From a virus, in IMG/VR virus record IMGVR_UViG_3300044833_000115, positions 2,758 through 66,757 of that record: a DNA stretch of 64,000 bases; one strand, 5' to 3'. How positions within the stretch are numbered: position 1 is the stretch's first letter; every line of letters begins with the position of its first letter. Shown piece by piece: positions 27,725-37,660 of this stretch. Below the pieces are notes generated by a model. That model was not told the origin of the DNA, searched no databases, and saw nothing but the letters and a program-made list of their open reading frames with translations. A program made the position numbers and the translations under genes.

Positions 27725-27970
27725 TCAGCCATCGCCGTCCTCCGCCCACGGGGCGCCAGACAGGATCTTGTTGGCCCAGCGGCTGACCGCGGCCTGATCG
27801 GGCGGCGGGATCGACACCAGCCTCAGCCCCTCCACCGGCTCGCCCGCGGCCACCACGCCCGCCACCAGCGCGAAGATCGGCGCACCGCCATCGGTGGCGC
27901 CCCGCCACATGCGGACCATCACATCGTCAAACATGAAGAAATCTTCGGTCGGGCTGATGGTGATCTGCAT
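27725..27970 (-). CDS. Hypothetical protein
   Basis: 81 aa; overlaps the small ORF 27547-27732. Confidence 0.55.
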   Translation of the reverse strand: MQITISPTEDFFMFDDVMVRMWRGATDGGAPIFALVAGVVAAGEPVEGLRLVSIPPPDQAAVSRWANKILSGAPWAEDGDG

Positions 27971-28120
27971 CAGCTTATTCTCTCTTGCGCTGCTGGTACC
28001 GTCATCGGTTCGGACATGAGATCGACAACTTCCAGGAGCGCGCTGATCAGTTTGGACAGATCAGTCCGGTCGAGGTCGGCCAGACAATCCACCCGCATCG
28101 TCGGTCGCTCGGCGCGGGGG

Positions 28121-28345
28121 TTATACTGAATCATCCACACGGGCTTTCGCCTTCTTTTCCAGCGTTTCGATGATCGCCTCCATCACCCGGATGCGGCGTT
28201 CGGCGATCGGCTCGCGCAACCGGCCGGTGGTGACGTGCTTGGGGTAGACGCTCTTGCGCATCGCCAATTCGCGCCGCGCCTCGGTCAGCATTTCGCCGAC
28301 CGGCACATGATCGGCGAACATATCAGCCACTGCGTCGCGGCCCAT
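28121..28345 (-). CDS. Conserved small helical phage protein
   Basis: EARRELAMRKSVYP...IRVMEAIIETL. Confidence 0.7.
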   Translation of the reverse strand: MGRDAVADMFADHVPVGEMLTEARRELAMRKSVYPKHVTTGRLREPIAERRIRVMEAIIETLEKKAKARVDDSV

Positions 28346-28961
28346 CGAGGATCTGGGTCTCCAGGTTTTGGTCCTGCACGCCCAGGGCGGTGATTAGACT
28401 GCGCACCCACGCCAGCATGGTGTCCTTGCTGCGCGTCACGTCGAACTTCCTCCCGACGGCGTGCACCAGCCCGGCCGTCAGCATCAACGCGGTGTCTTCC
28501 TGCGTCCCCTCGGAGGGGGAGAGTACGGCGGTGCTGGTGAACAGCCGTTCGAACAGTCCATGGATGTGGTTCGTCACCACATCCAGGGCCTCGTCGCGGG
28601 TTATTGTGCCCAGCAGGCTCCGCAAGGGGGTGTCGTCAGGCACCAGCCCCAGGTTGAGGTTGAGGTTGTCGATCAACATGCGGGCGTGCAGTTGAAATCT
28701 CGGGTCTTGCATCCCGACGCTGCCCCGCCCCCCGCCGCTGCACATATGGCTTAACACCTCGGCCACGAAACAGATGACGATCGCCGAGCCGGTGGTTGCC
28801 CGCATCGCCGTGGTGTAGTCGGCCGCGGTCTCGTGGATCGCCCAGGTCACGCTGTCATGGTAGACCGGCAAGAGGCGCTCGCGCGCCATCCGGTGGAACA
28901 CCGCCGACTGCCCTTCATCGAAGCATTTAGGCTGCGGCTTGGTCCTGTCCTTGGTCTGCAT
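28323..28961 (-). CDS. Hypothetical protein
   Basis: 212 aa; RBS GGGGAG. Confidence 0.6.
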   Translation of the reverse strand: MQTKDRTKPQPKCFDEGQSAVFHRMARERLLPVYHDSVTWAIHETAADYTTAMRATTGSAIVICFVAEVLSHMCSGGGRGSVGMQDPRFQLHARMLIDNLNLNLGLVPDDTPLRSLLGTITRDEALDVVTNHIHGLFERLFTSTAVLSPSEGTQEDTALMLTAGLVHAVGRKFDVTRSKDTMLAWVRSLITALGVQDQNLETQILDGPRRSG

Positions 28962-29514
28962 AGTCCGCTCCCCCCTTTGGTATGGTCAGCGGTTCGATCA
29001 CGCCCGCCAACGCGAACAGACTGGTCTGTGCGTCGGAGGGTTTGGTGCCGAACATGCGCCGGTAGTGCTCGGCCACATCAGCCCGTTCGGCCAATTTGCG
29101 TACCGTCTCTTTCGATAGAGTGGCTGCGTGCGACTGCATCAGCGGCAGTTCCGCAAGGATCATCTGCTCTACCGCAGTCTTCTTGGTGCCCTTGGGGGCG
29201 GTCTGCTGAACCTTGGCGACCGCCAGGGCATAGGCAATGGCTTCGCGCCATTTGCTCTTGCGCGGCATCGCCTGGGGCCGTTGTTCCGGAACAGTCCCGG
29301 CTTTCAATGCTTCGTAGGCAAGATCAGCATCTTTGGTCATCAGTAGCGCGGACTTCAGGCCCAGAAGGGTCAGATAGGATTGTACCCCCGCCGGCAAGCC
29401 ATTACATGTGTAGCTATGTTCAGTCGCACCGGAGCCCAGGGTCACCGCCATGCAGGCCCGATCGAAACGCCCACGACGGACGCGCCGCCGCTTTACATCG
29501 TTAGGCATCATCAA
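28927..29514 (-). CDS. Hypothetical protein, first gene of the leftward replication unit
   Basis: RBS GAGGG; promoter upstream. Confidence 0.6.
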   Translation of the reverse strand: MMMPNDVKRRRVRRGRFDRACMAVTLGSGATEHSYTCNGLPAGVQSYLTLLGLKSALLMTKDADLAYEALKAGTVPEQRPQAMPRKSKWREAIAYALAVAKVQQTAPKGTKKTAVEQMILAELPLMQSHAATLSKETVRKLAERADVAEHYRRMFGTKPSDAQTSLFALAGVIEPLTIPKGGADYADQGQDQAAA

Positions 29515-29601
29515 GTCCCTCTAGCTTGGTTGGTTTGGCACTCCCACTGAACCGCTCGGCGTTGCACGCTCCCCGTTTTAATTCTGGTCGTTGAAACACA
29601 C

Positions 29602-29630
29602 AGAAAAGCGCGCCGCCGGATATGTGTCAA
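29602..29630 (-). promoter_or_regulatory. Putative sigma70 promoter in an AT-rich divergent control region
   Basis: TTGACA-N17-TTTTCT on the minus strand. Confidence 0.5.
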
Positions 29631-29914
29631 CCGAAATCCCGGTCGCGCGAACGACCCGAAGTCGAGAGGGTGTTCTATACTTACTGAACCCCAAAACCCC
29701 CCTCGGAATATGTTTCCATAGTCACGACCTGACATTATTTAATTCCGAGGGCGTAATTGTGATTTCGCATATTTTTTTTCATACGTGGATGGGGCAATCG
29801 CATAGGGCGGGACAACGATCTTTTTAATCTGCGATCGACTCATACCCCCTTGCCTTCGCAACGGATTGAGGGTGTTCTGGTAAGGCATCACCAACGAAGG
29901 GGGGGCTGTTCCGA

Positions 29915-30118
29915 ATGGACAGTCAATATGAACTAATCGCGCTGCTGCGCGCCGATATCGCCGCGCTCGATGCCTGTCGTGCCCGACTGGATGAGCAACT
30001 TGAACGCCTGCTGCAATTGCAACGAGCGAACCTCAAGCCCCCCCCCGGCCCGGTCCCGGGCAACGGTCTATTCAGTCTGCTCTTTTCGCGTCACCTCCCT
30101 CCAGATCCTCCGTCATGA
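29915..30118 (+). CDS. Hypothetical coiled-coil protein
   Basis: First ORF of the rightward unit, RBS AAGGGGG. Confidence 0.5.
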   Translation: MDSQYELIALLRADIAALDACRARLDEQLERLLQLQRANLKPPPGPVPGNGLFSLLFSRHLPPDPPS

Positions 30119-30301
30119 GTGCGAATGATCAGGCCCGCCTGCTCGGGGATGGGGTCTACGGATCATTCGATGGATCTCATATCTGGTTGATAACAAGGAT
30201 CAACGGCCGGCTGGCGCGGATCGCGCTCGGGGAAACGGTTTTTCGGAACTTGCTGACCTATGCCCAGGACGTTCGACGCAATCCTCCGATTGGGGAACCA
30301 C

Positions 30302-31501
30302 ATGAGCGAAGCGCCTACTCTTCCCCTGTCCGTGGCGGACAACCAGAATCTGCTTGATGCGGTAGCGCCCTCCGCCCACGCCGAGACCGAGGGCGCGGTC
30401 ATCATCGACCTGGACGAGATCCGCCGGTTGAAGCCGGCGGATGCGTTCATGCCGGGGTACATCGAAAAGACCCTGGCCGCGATCGAAGCGCACACCCAGC
30501 AAATCCAGTTCGACGCCTCGACGCCCGAAGGCCGCGAGAAGATCCGCAGCCACGCGTACAGGCTGCGCCAGACCAAATCCGCGCTCGATGATATGGGCAA
30601 GGCGCTGACCGAGGCGTGGCGCCAGCGCACCGACGCGGTGAACGCCGTCCGCCAGACCATCCGCGCGCGGCTGGACAAGCTGATCAACCTGGCCCGCGCC
30701 AAGCTGACCGCATTCGAGATCGCCGAGGAACAGCGGGTACTCGAGCTTGAAACCGCGCTGGGGGAACTTCAGCGCCTGGTGGTGTGGCCCCCGGGCACGG
30801 TGGTCAAAGCCGACATGATCGAGCCCCGTCTGAAGATCGCCCAGCGCCTCGATAACCGGGATTTCCAGGAATTCACCGATCGCGCCGCCCGCATCCGCTG
30901 GGAGGTGACCGAGGCGCTGACCGCGATGCTGGCCGATGCCCGCCAGCGGGAGGCGGACGAAGCCGAACTGGTGGCGTTGCGCGCCGAACAGGCCCAGCGG
31001 GTGAAGGAGACGGAGGACCGCGAAGCCGCCGATCGCCAGCGAGCCCGCGCGGAGGAAGCCGCCGCGGCACTGGTGGCGAAGACCAAGCAGGATGCCGAAG
31101 CCGCGCAGCAGGCCCTGGTGGCGAAGCATGACAAGGAACTACGCGAAGCCGTTGAACGCGAACAAGGCCTCCGCCAGCGCGAAGCCGCCGCCACGCAGAT
31201 GGTCGCGGCCCGCACCCGCGACGAGGCGAGCCGGGTCGCCGTCGCGGTCGAGCAGTCGCGCAAGGAAGACGCCCAGGCGATCCAGCAGGCCCAACTGGCC
31301 AAGCAGGAGGCGGACGCCAAGGAAGCCAAACGCGCCCGCGCCCGCGCCCATGTCCGCGAGGTCAACCGGATGATGATCGCGCTGGCCATGGAAGTGACCC
31401 AGATCGGCGAAGTGCCCGCCCGCCGGCTGATCGAGGCCATCGCGGGCGGACGGTTCACGCCGTACATCGCGCTCGACTATCAGGGGAGGTTCCCGCTGTG
31501 A
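30302..31501 (+). CDS. Long coiled-coil protein of the recombination module
   Basis: FDASTPEGREKIRSHAYRLRQTKSALDDMGK; Ala/Glu/Arg heptads. Confidence 0.72.
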   Translation: MSEAPTLPLSVADNQNLLDAVAPSAHAETEGAVIIDLDEIRRLKPADAFMPGYIEKTLAAIEAHTQQIQFDASTPEGREKIRSHAYRLRQTKSALDDMGKALTEAWRQRTDAVNAVRQTIRARLDKLINLARAKLTAFEIAEEQRVLELETALGELQRLVVWPPGTVVKADMIEPRLKIAQRLDNRDFQEFTDRAARIRWEVTEALTAMLADARQREADEAELVALRAEQAQRVKETEDREAADRQRARAEEAAAALVAKTKQDAEAAQQALVAKHDKELREAVEREQGLRQREAAATQMVAARTRDEASRVAVAVEQSRKEDAQAIQQAQLAKQEADAKEAKRARARAHVREVNRMMIALAMEVTQIGEVPARRLIEAIAGGRFTPYIALDYQGRFPL

Positions 31502-31746
31502 AAGGCGACGACGGCACGAAGGTCCCGAAGTTCAGCGGGTGGTGGTGGACGCTATCGAACGGCATCGGCCTGACGCTGGCCGTGGTGGCGCTGGGGGTGC
31601 TCTACCTCACGCTGCCCGTGGTGGTGGTCTGGTGCCGCCTGGGAGCGGTTGGGCGGTGGGCGCTGAACCGGGTGAGGCGGCGCGTGCAGACCCCCCAGGA
31701 GCCGCCCCAGGCGGCAATCCCGGATACCAGCCAGGTGTCGGGATGA
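31498..31746 (+). CDS. Small membrane protein
   Basis: Hydrophobic LTLAVVALGVLYLTLPVVVVW; coupled on both sides. Confidence 0.5.
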   Translation: MKGDDGTKVPKFSGWWWTLSNGIGLTLAVVALGVLYLTLPVVVVWCRLGAVGRWALNRVRRRVQTPQEPPQAAIPDTSQVSG

Positions 31747-32552
31747 CAACGCCAGCGCCCGGGACTGTCCTCGGGCCGGTCGCGCCCACCGCCGTCCAGG
31801 TGGTGGCCGGGCCGGAGACGGAATTCCTGGCGCTGCTCGAACGGCTGGCGACGAACCCCGCGGTGGACGTGCAGAAACTGGGCGCGATCCTGGATTTGCA
31901 GGAGCGGGTGATAACGCGCCAGGCCATCGTCGCCTTCAACCAGTCGTTCCACGCGATGGAACCCCACCTCCCCCGGGTCAAGAAAAACGGGGTGGTGGAG
32001 TATCCGATCGACAAGAACAAGCCCGACGGGCCGAAGCGGAAGGCGTTCAACTTCGCCAAGATCGAGGACATAGACGACGCGATCCGCCCGATCCTGCGGG
32101 AATTCGACTTCACCCTCACCTTCGACACCAAGCCGCGCGTCGGCGACGGCGGCGGCGTGGTGGTCACCGGCGCGTTGCTGCACAGCAGGGGGCACGCCAT
32201 GACGGCATCGTTCGCACTGCCGCTGGATACCTCGGGCGGCAAGTCGAACCTTCAGGGCATGGGCTCCAGCACCAGCTTCGGCCAGCGCTATTGCATCAAG
32301 CTGCTGCTCAACCTGGTGTTCGAGGGTGACGACGATGACGGGATCAAAGGCGGCATGGCCTTCCTGTCCGACGATCAGGTGTTCGAGTTGCACGACCTGA
32401 TGCGCCAGACCAGCACCAGTGAAGAAAATTTCTTCCGCTACATGGGCCTGACCGGCAGCGGCATCCACGACCTGGGCGAGGTCGAGGCGCGGGATTTCGG
32501 CAAGCTGAAGAACGCCCTGCTGGCCAAGAAAAAGGAAGCTGCCCCAACCTGA
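31743..32552 (+). CDS. erf: ERF-family ssDNA annealing protein
   Basis: FAKIEDI...IRPIL...LPLDTSGGKSNLQGMGSSTSFGQRY...DDDDG. Confidence 0.88.
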   Translation: MTTPAPGTVLGPVAPTAVQVVAGPETEFLALLERLATNPAVDVQKLGAILDLQERVITRQAIVAFNQSFHAMEPHLPRVKKNGVVEYPIDKNKPDGPKRKAFNFAKIEDIDDAIRPILREFDFTLTFDTKPRVGDGGGVVVTGALLHSRGHAMTASFALPLDTSGGKSNLQGMGSSTSFGQRYCIKLLLNLVFEGDDDDGIKGGMAFLSDDQVFELHDLMRQTSTSEENFFRYMGLTGSGIHDLGEVEARDFGKLKNALLAKKKEAAPT

Positions 32553-32564
32553 AGGGAGTTTGCG

Positions 32565-32900
32565 ATGAGCGATTTCGAGGGCTTCATCGTCCAGGCCGGC
32601 GAGCCGGGACTGTTGACCGAAGAGAGCGCCCGGCAGACCGCCCAGGCCACGCTGCTGGCGCTGGAGGTCTATCCGCGGGCGAAAGTGACCTGGTGGGTGC
32701 CCGGCTATGAGGATGACCCCAGGGCGCTATGGGAGATCCCCGAGGTGGCCGAACAGATCCGCCGCTGCGCGCGGTTCGCCGGCTGGACCGATGGCTATGC
32801 TATCCCGCGCCAATCGCTGGTCGACGACCTGGTGGTGCTGTTGGTCAAGAGCGGGTGCTTCCCCAATGGGCACCCTTATACCGTGGTGCTCACGCCATGA
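32565..32900 (+). CDS. Hypothetical protein
   Basis: GYEDDPRALWEIPEV motif; RBS GGGAG. Confidence 0.6.
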   Translation: MSDFEGFIVQAGEPGLLTEESARQTAQATLLALEVYPRAKVTWWVPGYEDDPRALWEIPEVAEQIRRCARFAGWTDGYAIPRQSLVDDLVVLLVKSGCFPNGHPYTVVLTP

Positions 32901-33136
32901 TGGACGATTTCGAGCGAGAACTGATTACCCACTATGCGATGGTGCGGACCTCGCACCTGATCGCCAAACTGGTGCGTGAATCGGCCCGTGTCGCGGCGCA
33001 GAGCCACGAAGTGAGCGCCTGGCAGGCGCTGAACGACGTGGCGGACTCGATCGAGCGCGGTACCGACAAATGGCTCGATGATGTCATGCGTACCAGCCTG
33101 GAAGCGGTGGAGGCGCACCGTGCCGATCATCCATGA
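32897..33136 (+). CDS. Hypothetical protein
   Basis: ATGA coupling. Confidence 0.5.
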   Translation: MMDDFERELITHYAMVRTSHLIAKLVRESARVAAQSHEVSAWQALNDVADSIERGTDKWLDDVMRTSLEAVEAHRADHP

Positions 33137-33848
33137 TGTCGAGCAGGGCTCGGCCGCGTGGTACGCGCTGCGCCTGGGCATCCCGACTTCCTCAGACTTC
33201 CACAAGATCATTACCCCGGGGAAGGGCGAGTTCAGCACGCAATCCGACAAGTATGCCTTCCGCCTGATCGCCGAGGCGGTGTTGCACCAGCCCCTGGAGA
33301 GCATCTCGCACCTCGAACAGATCGCCCGCGGCAAGCAACTGGAGCCCGACGCGGCCAACCAGTACGCGTTCGTCAAAGAGGTCGAGATCCGCAAAGTCGG
33401 CTTCATCACCTCCGACGACGGGCGCATAGGGTGCTCGCCGGATCGGTTGGTTGTCGGCGGGATGGGCGCGCTGGAGATCAAGTGCCCCGCCCCCGATACC
33501 CATATCGGCTACCGGCTGATCGGCCCGGGGCTCGACTACAAGCCCCAGGTGCAAGGCCAGATGTTCGTCGCCGAACTGGAATGGGTGGACTTCTACAGCT
33601 ACCACCCGCTGATGCCGCCGGTGCTGATACGCACCCAGCGCGACGCGGCCTATCTCGCCAAGATGGCGCGGGCGCTGCGCCAGTTCGATGACATGCTGCG
33701 CAACTACACCGATCTGGTGCGCAGAGAAGGCTACTTTGACGCCAGGCCGCAGATCCTGACGCCGATCGACCAGATGGCCGAGGAAATGGCCTACGCCACC
33801 GGCACCCCAATCGACTGGACCGACGAACGCCACTTCCCGCTGCCATGA
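33120..33848 (+). CDS. YqaJ/lambda-exonuclease family recombination nuclease
   Basis: EQGSAAWYALRLGIPTSS...RGKQLEPDA...GCSPDRLV...LEIKCP...QVQGQM. Confidence 0.9.
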   Translation: MPIIHDVEQGSAAWYALRLGIPTSSDFHKIITPGKGEFSTQSDKYAFRLIAEAVLHQPLESISHLEQIARGKQLEPDAANQYAFVKEVEIRKVGFITSDDGRIGCSPDRLVVGGMGALEIKCPAPDTHIGYRLIGPGLDYKPQVQGQMFVAELEWVDFYSYHPLMPPVLIRTQRDAAYLAKMARALRQFDDMLRNYTDLVRREGYFDARPQILTPIDQMAEEMAYATGTPIDWTDERHFPLP

Positions 33849-34375
33849 GCATCGTGTTCGAAGCCGCGTTCGCCTTCGTGGTCAACGTCGAAGGCGGTTT
33901 CTCGGACGATCCGCGGGACCGCGGCAACTGGACCGGCGGCAAGGTCGGCGTCGGTGAACTGCGGGGCACAAAGTACGGCATCAGTGCCGCGGCCTTCCCG
34001 ATGCTGGACATCAAGAACATCACGCTGGATCAGGCGAAAAGCCTGTATTCCGCGCACTACTGGAGCCCGATCCAAGGGGATGCCCTGCCGATCGCGGTGG
34101 CGATGGTCAGCTTCGATTGCGCGGTTAATCAGGGCGTCCACCTCGCCGTCATCACGCTGCAACAGGCGGTCGGGGCAGACCCTGACGGCTGGATTGGGGC
34201 GGAAACCATCGGGTCGGCGAACACCCGCCCCGCCAAAGACACCGTGCTGGAAATATGCGCCCGGCGCGCGGTGGCTTACGCCCAGGGCGACATGGCGACC
34301 GACGGCCTCGGTTGGATGCGGCGCCTATTCCGGGTGGCCGCCACCGCCGATACAGCAGGAGCACGCCTCTCATGA
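33845..34375 (+). CDS. Endolysin, glycoside hydrolase family 108
   Basis: EGGFSDDPRDRGNWTGG...GTKYGIS...FDCAVNQG...DGWIG...GWMRR. Confidence 0.9.
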   Translation: MSIVFEAAFAFVVNVEGGFSDDPRDRGNWTGGKVGVGELRGTKYGISAAAFPMLDIKNITLDQAKSLYSAHYWSPIQGDALPIAVAMVSFDCAVNQGVHLAVITLQQAVGADPDGWIGAETIGSANTRPAKDTVLEICARRAVAYAQGDMATDGLGWMRRLFRVAATADTAGARLS

Positions 34376-34593
34376 ACATCGTAGCCATTCTCGAAGGCAT
34401 CATCTCATCGGTGCCGGAAGCCATCGCCCTATGGAAGCGGATCGAACCGCTGGTCGGGCTGACGCCCGGCGCGGACGACACGGTAATCGCCGCCATTACC
34501 GCCGACGTGCCGATCGTGCATGAGGCGGTGACCCTCGCTCACACGGCGATCGCCGACCTGATCGCTGCGCATCAGCCGGCGGCGACTTTATGA
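34372..34593 (+). CDS. Small hydrophobic protein between endolysin and GH26
   Basis: ATGA-coupled on both sides; MNIVAILEGIISSVPEAIALW. Confidence 0.6.
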   Translation: MNIVAILEGIISSVPEAIALWKRIEPLVGLTPGADDTVIAAITADVPIVHEAVTLAHTAIADLIAAHQPAATL

Positions 34594-36008
34594 GCGTCAC
34601 CGCGGCCACCGTGCTGTCGATGCTGAAAGGCATCGCCGGCAAAATGGTGCTGTCGTTCCAGTTCACCGAAATCAAAGGTTTGCCCCAGATCCAGGCCGGC
34701 GGCGCCATCGCGCAGATCGAGTCTTCAACCGGGCACTGGCTGGGCGGCATCGGCGGCGACTACTGGTGGTACGGCAGCACCGCCCCCACCGCCGATACGA
34801 CGTTCAACCAGGCCGCGATCCCATACGCCGAGGCGGGCGGGCTGATCACCTTGCTCTTGTCGCTGCCGAACCCCACGACCGGCGGGCCTTCGCCCGACGT
34901 TTCCACCCTCGATGCGGGCGGGCTGCTGACCACCGGCACGGCGACGAACAGCGCTTTCCTGCGGATGCTCGACAGCGTGGCCGTGGGGCTTCAGGAACTG
35001 GCCACGGCTGGGGTGCCGGTGCTGTTCCGCCCGTACCACGAGTTGAACGGCGGCTGGTTCTGGTGGGGTGCGGGGCTGCTGTCGCCGCAGCAGTTCATCG
35101 CGCTTTGGAAATTCACCCACGATTACTTCACCAAAACCAAGGGCTTGAGCAACCTGCTATGGGTCTGGAGCGTGAACGCCGGCATGAGCGGGATGCCTGC
35201 CCTCGATCGTTACCCCGGCGATGCCTATGTCGATCTGACCGGGCTCGACTTCTACGCCTCCGATCCAGCCTCGGCCGCGGCCGACTACGACATCCTGATG
35301 ACCTTGGGCAAAACCGTCTGCCTGTCGGAATTCGGTAGCGGTGGCCCCTCCGCCGCGGATGGCTCCTTCCAGATGACCGTGTTGAACGCCGCGCTGGCAG
35401 ACCAGATGCCGCAGGCGGTGTTCTGGCAACAATGGTGGGCGCCCTGGGGCATGGAACTCATGCAGAGCACCCAGGCATCCCTGGATGATCCCCGCACGGG
35501 CAACCGCGGCGACTTCTCCCCGGGCGCGGTGACCCCGCCGCCGGTGGTGACCCCTCCGCCCGTGGTGACCCCGCCCCCCGGCGCGAAGCCGTCGCCGGAT
35601 GGCGCGATCGTCACCGCCGGCGGGGCCGTGCTGATCGATGCGGCCGGCGAAGCCTGGTCGGTTTCAAGCAGCGGCGTGGTGCTGATGAACGGGGTCGCCG
35701 TCGCCGGCGGTGAAGGCACGGCGGCGCTGACCTTCTACACGCCGACGGTCTACGGCCAGGATGCCGCAACCAAGAACTGGTACGCCTGGCGCAACGGAAG
35801 TTGGAATGGCCCCGCGACGTTGCCGATCAAAACGTCACCGCTGCCTCCCCCGACGCCTACCCCCCCGCCGACGCCGACGCCCCCTCCCCCGCCCAGCGTC
35901 ACCCACCTGACGGTGATGACCAAGGTCATGCAGGCCGGCGCGGCGCTGACCCAGGTCAACGCGATGCTGACTTCGATCATGACCGACCTCCCGAGCCTGA
36001 AGCCGTGA
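34590..36008 (+). CDS. Glycoside hydrolase family 26 (mannanase-like) with Pro/Thr linkers and accessory domain
   Basis: FRPYHELNGGWFWWG (acid/base), YPGDAYVDLTGLDFY, LSEFG (nucleophile); VTPPP repeats. Confidence 0.9.
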   Translation: MSVTAATVLSMLKGIAGKMVLSFQFTEIKGLPQIQAGGAIAQIESSTGHWLGGIGGDYWWYGSTAPTADTTFNQAAIPYAEAGGLITLLLSLPNPTTGGPSPDVSTLDAGGLLTTGTATNSAFLRMLDSVAVGLQELATAGVPVLFRPYHELNGGWFWWGAGLLSPQQFIALWKFTHDYFTKTKGLSNLLWVWSVNAGMSGMPALDRYPGDAYVDLTGLDFYASDPASAAADYDILMTLGKTVCLSEFGSGGPSAADGSFQMTVLNAALADQMPQAVFWQQWWAPWGMELMQSTQASLDDPRTGNRGDFSPGAVTPPPVVTPPPVVTPPPGAKPSPDGAIVTAGGAVLIDAAGEAWSVSSSGVVLMNGVAVAGGEGTAALTFYTPTVYGQDAATKNWYAWRNGSWNGPATLPIKTSPLPPPTPTPPPTPTPPPPPSVTHLTVMTKVMQAGAALTQVNAMLTSIMTDLPSLKP

Positions 36009-36016
36009 GAAGCCCG

Positions 36017-36697
36017 ATGGAACTGAACGCCTCGATCCGCGACATCCCCATGCCAGAGCGGATCGCCCGCCTGCCGATTTCACCGACGGGCTTCCCGGTG
36101 CCCTGGTTCGTCGCGTGGTTCGACGTGGAAGCCCTCGATGGCACCAAGAGCAAGGTGCCCGACTTCCGGGTTGTTGACACACCGAAACTAGCAATCGCGC
36201 ACAATCGAAAAAGATGCTGGGTGTGCGGCGACCGCCTGGGCCGGCAGTTTGCCATGACGATCGGGCCAATGTGCGCCATCAGCCGGGTGATCAGCGAGCC
36301 GCCGTCGCACCGCGAATGCGCGATCTACGCAGCGCTGGCGTGCCCGTTCCTGGCCAATCCCCGGATGCGGCGCAACGAGAAAGGTCTTCCGGTTCACAGG
36401 GAAGCCGCCGGCAACGGCATCCGGCGCAATCCCGGGGCGATGGCCGTCTGGATCACCCGCAGCTACCGGCCGCTGCGGGTGTCCAACGGCAGCGGGGTGC
36501 TGTTCACCTTCGAGGACGAACCCGAGGAAGTCCTATGGTTCGCCGAGGGGCGGACGGCTACCCGGGCGGAAGTCGTGCATTCGATCGACACCGGTATCCA
36601 CCTGCTGGTCGAGGAAGCCGAGAAGCAAGGCCCCCCTGCCCTGGCGGCACTGACGCAGCAGATCGAGGACGTGCAGAAGTATCTCCCCGCGGCGTAG
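36017..36697 (+). CDS. Conserved Cys/His putative metal-binding protein
   Basis: GFPVPWFVAW...PDFR...CWVCG...EPPSHRECA...CPFL. Confidence 0.72.
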   Translation: MELNASIRDIPMPERIARLPISPTGFPVPWFVAWFDVEALDGTKSKVPDFRVVDTPKLAIAHNRKRCWVCGDRLGRQFAMTIGPMCAISRVISEPPSHRECAIYAALACPFLANPRMRRNEKGLPVHREAAGNGIRRNPGAMAVWITRSYRPLRVSNGSGVLFTFEDEPEEVLWFAEGRTATRAEVVHSIDTGIHLLVEEAEKQGPPALAALTQQIEDVQKYLPAA

Positions 36698-36724
36698 CGC
36701 CCTGGGTGGTCGAATTCAGCGCAG

Positions 36725-37291
36725 TCACTTCGTCTCGTCCTTCGGCGCGTCAGTCCGCAACAGCCCGATCGTGGTCAGCGTGTTGACCGCCTTCATCGCG
36801 ACCTCCAGCGACACGTCGAGCAAGTTCACGCGCAGCGTCGCCTTGCCGGATTGGTCCACCACCAGGGAGAATTGCGGTTGCGTGGAAACGGCCGGCACCG
36901 CGGCCCGGGGCGGCGGCGTGAATGCCGTTCCGTTCATCGCCACGTGCTGCGCGGCGGTCTGCGCCACGGGCCAAGGTTGGGCTGCTGCCACCGGTTGCTT
37001 TTTCCTTTTCTTGTAGGGTCTCTTGGCTGGTAGCTCATCGACTTTGGCCAACGCCCGAAGTTCGGCCACCTCCATCTGGAGGACGGGTGCCCAACGCTCG
37101 ACGGTGGCGAGCGAAGGTGGCGAGGTGCCCTTGAGAACCGGATAGAAGGCGCCGGTGCCTTTGACTTTTCCTTTGTCGTCCCGGCCGTAGACTTTCTCGC
37201 AGAACGCCACCGGCGTCATGTTGAGCGCGGCGATCCGATCGACGATCGTGTTGCGGAGATGGACGTTCTCATAGGGAATCGTCTCAGACAT
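36725..37291 (-). CDS. Putative XRE-like HTH protein
   Basis: MTPVAFCEKV...FYPVLKGTSPPSLATVERWAPVL. Confidence 0.55.
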   Translation of the reverse strand: MSETIPYENVHLRNTIVDRIAALNMTPVAFCEKVYGRDDKGKVKGTGAFYPVLKGTSPPSLATVERWAPVLQMEVAELRALAKVDELPAKRPYKKRKKQPVAAAQPWPVAQTAAQHVAMNGTAFTPPPRAAVPAVSTQPQFSLVVDQSGKATLRVNLLDVSLEVAMKAVNTLTTIGLLRTDAPKDETK

Positions 37292-37294
37292 TGC

Positions 37295-37630
37295 TCACTC
37301 CGCCGCAACGAGGGCGGGGGAAGTCTCGCGGGTGCGCTTTTGGCCCGCGGGCGTTGGGTGCTTTTTGCCGGCGCGGTTGAGTGCCTGATGCCCGTTTCTA
37401 GGCTGCTCGCGGTTCAAGACATGCTGGTAATACGCCGCGCGTATTGCGGCTGATCGGGTGCGGAACGGCCCGGCTTCGTCACCGCCTTTGACCCAGAACC
37501 AGCCGCAAAAGGCGATCGGTTCGTCACGGTCTCGCTTGGCGTTCCACCACTTCGTCGTGGCTTGATCGAGATAGACGATCCTCACCGCGGAAAGTGTGTC
37601 AGCGATCACTGCGTCTTTGAGCATTGCCAT
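37295..37630 (-). CDS. Hypothetical protein
   Basis: GWFW...AGPFRTRSAA motif; RBS AGGAA. Confidence 0.65.
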   Translation of the reverse strand: MAMLKDAVIADTLSAVRIVYLDQATTKWWNAKRDRDEPIAFCGWFWVKGGDEAGPFRTRSAAIRAAYYQHVLNREQPRNGHQALNRAGKKHPTPAGQKRTRETSPALVAAE

Positions 37631-37660
37631 CGTGCGTTCCTATTGTCGCTTGGTGGTTGG

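Noticed and set aside
29511-29735. 74-aa ORF upstream of the replication unit
   Set aside because: Overlaps a good TTGACA promoter and has atypical composition; probably non-coding
30302-31501. TolA-like annotation
   Set aside because: Similarity would be compositional (Ala/Glu/Lys coiled coil); no membrane anchor
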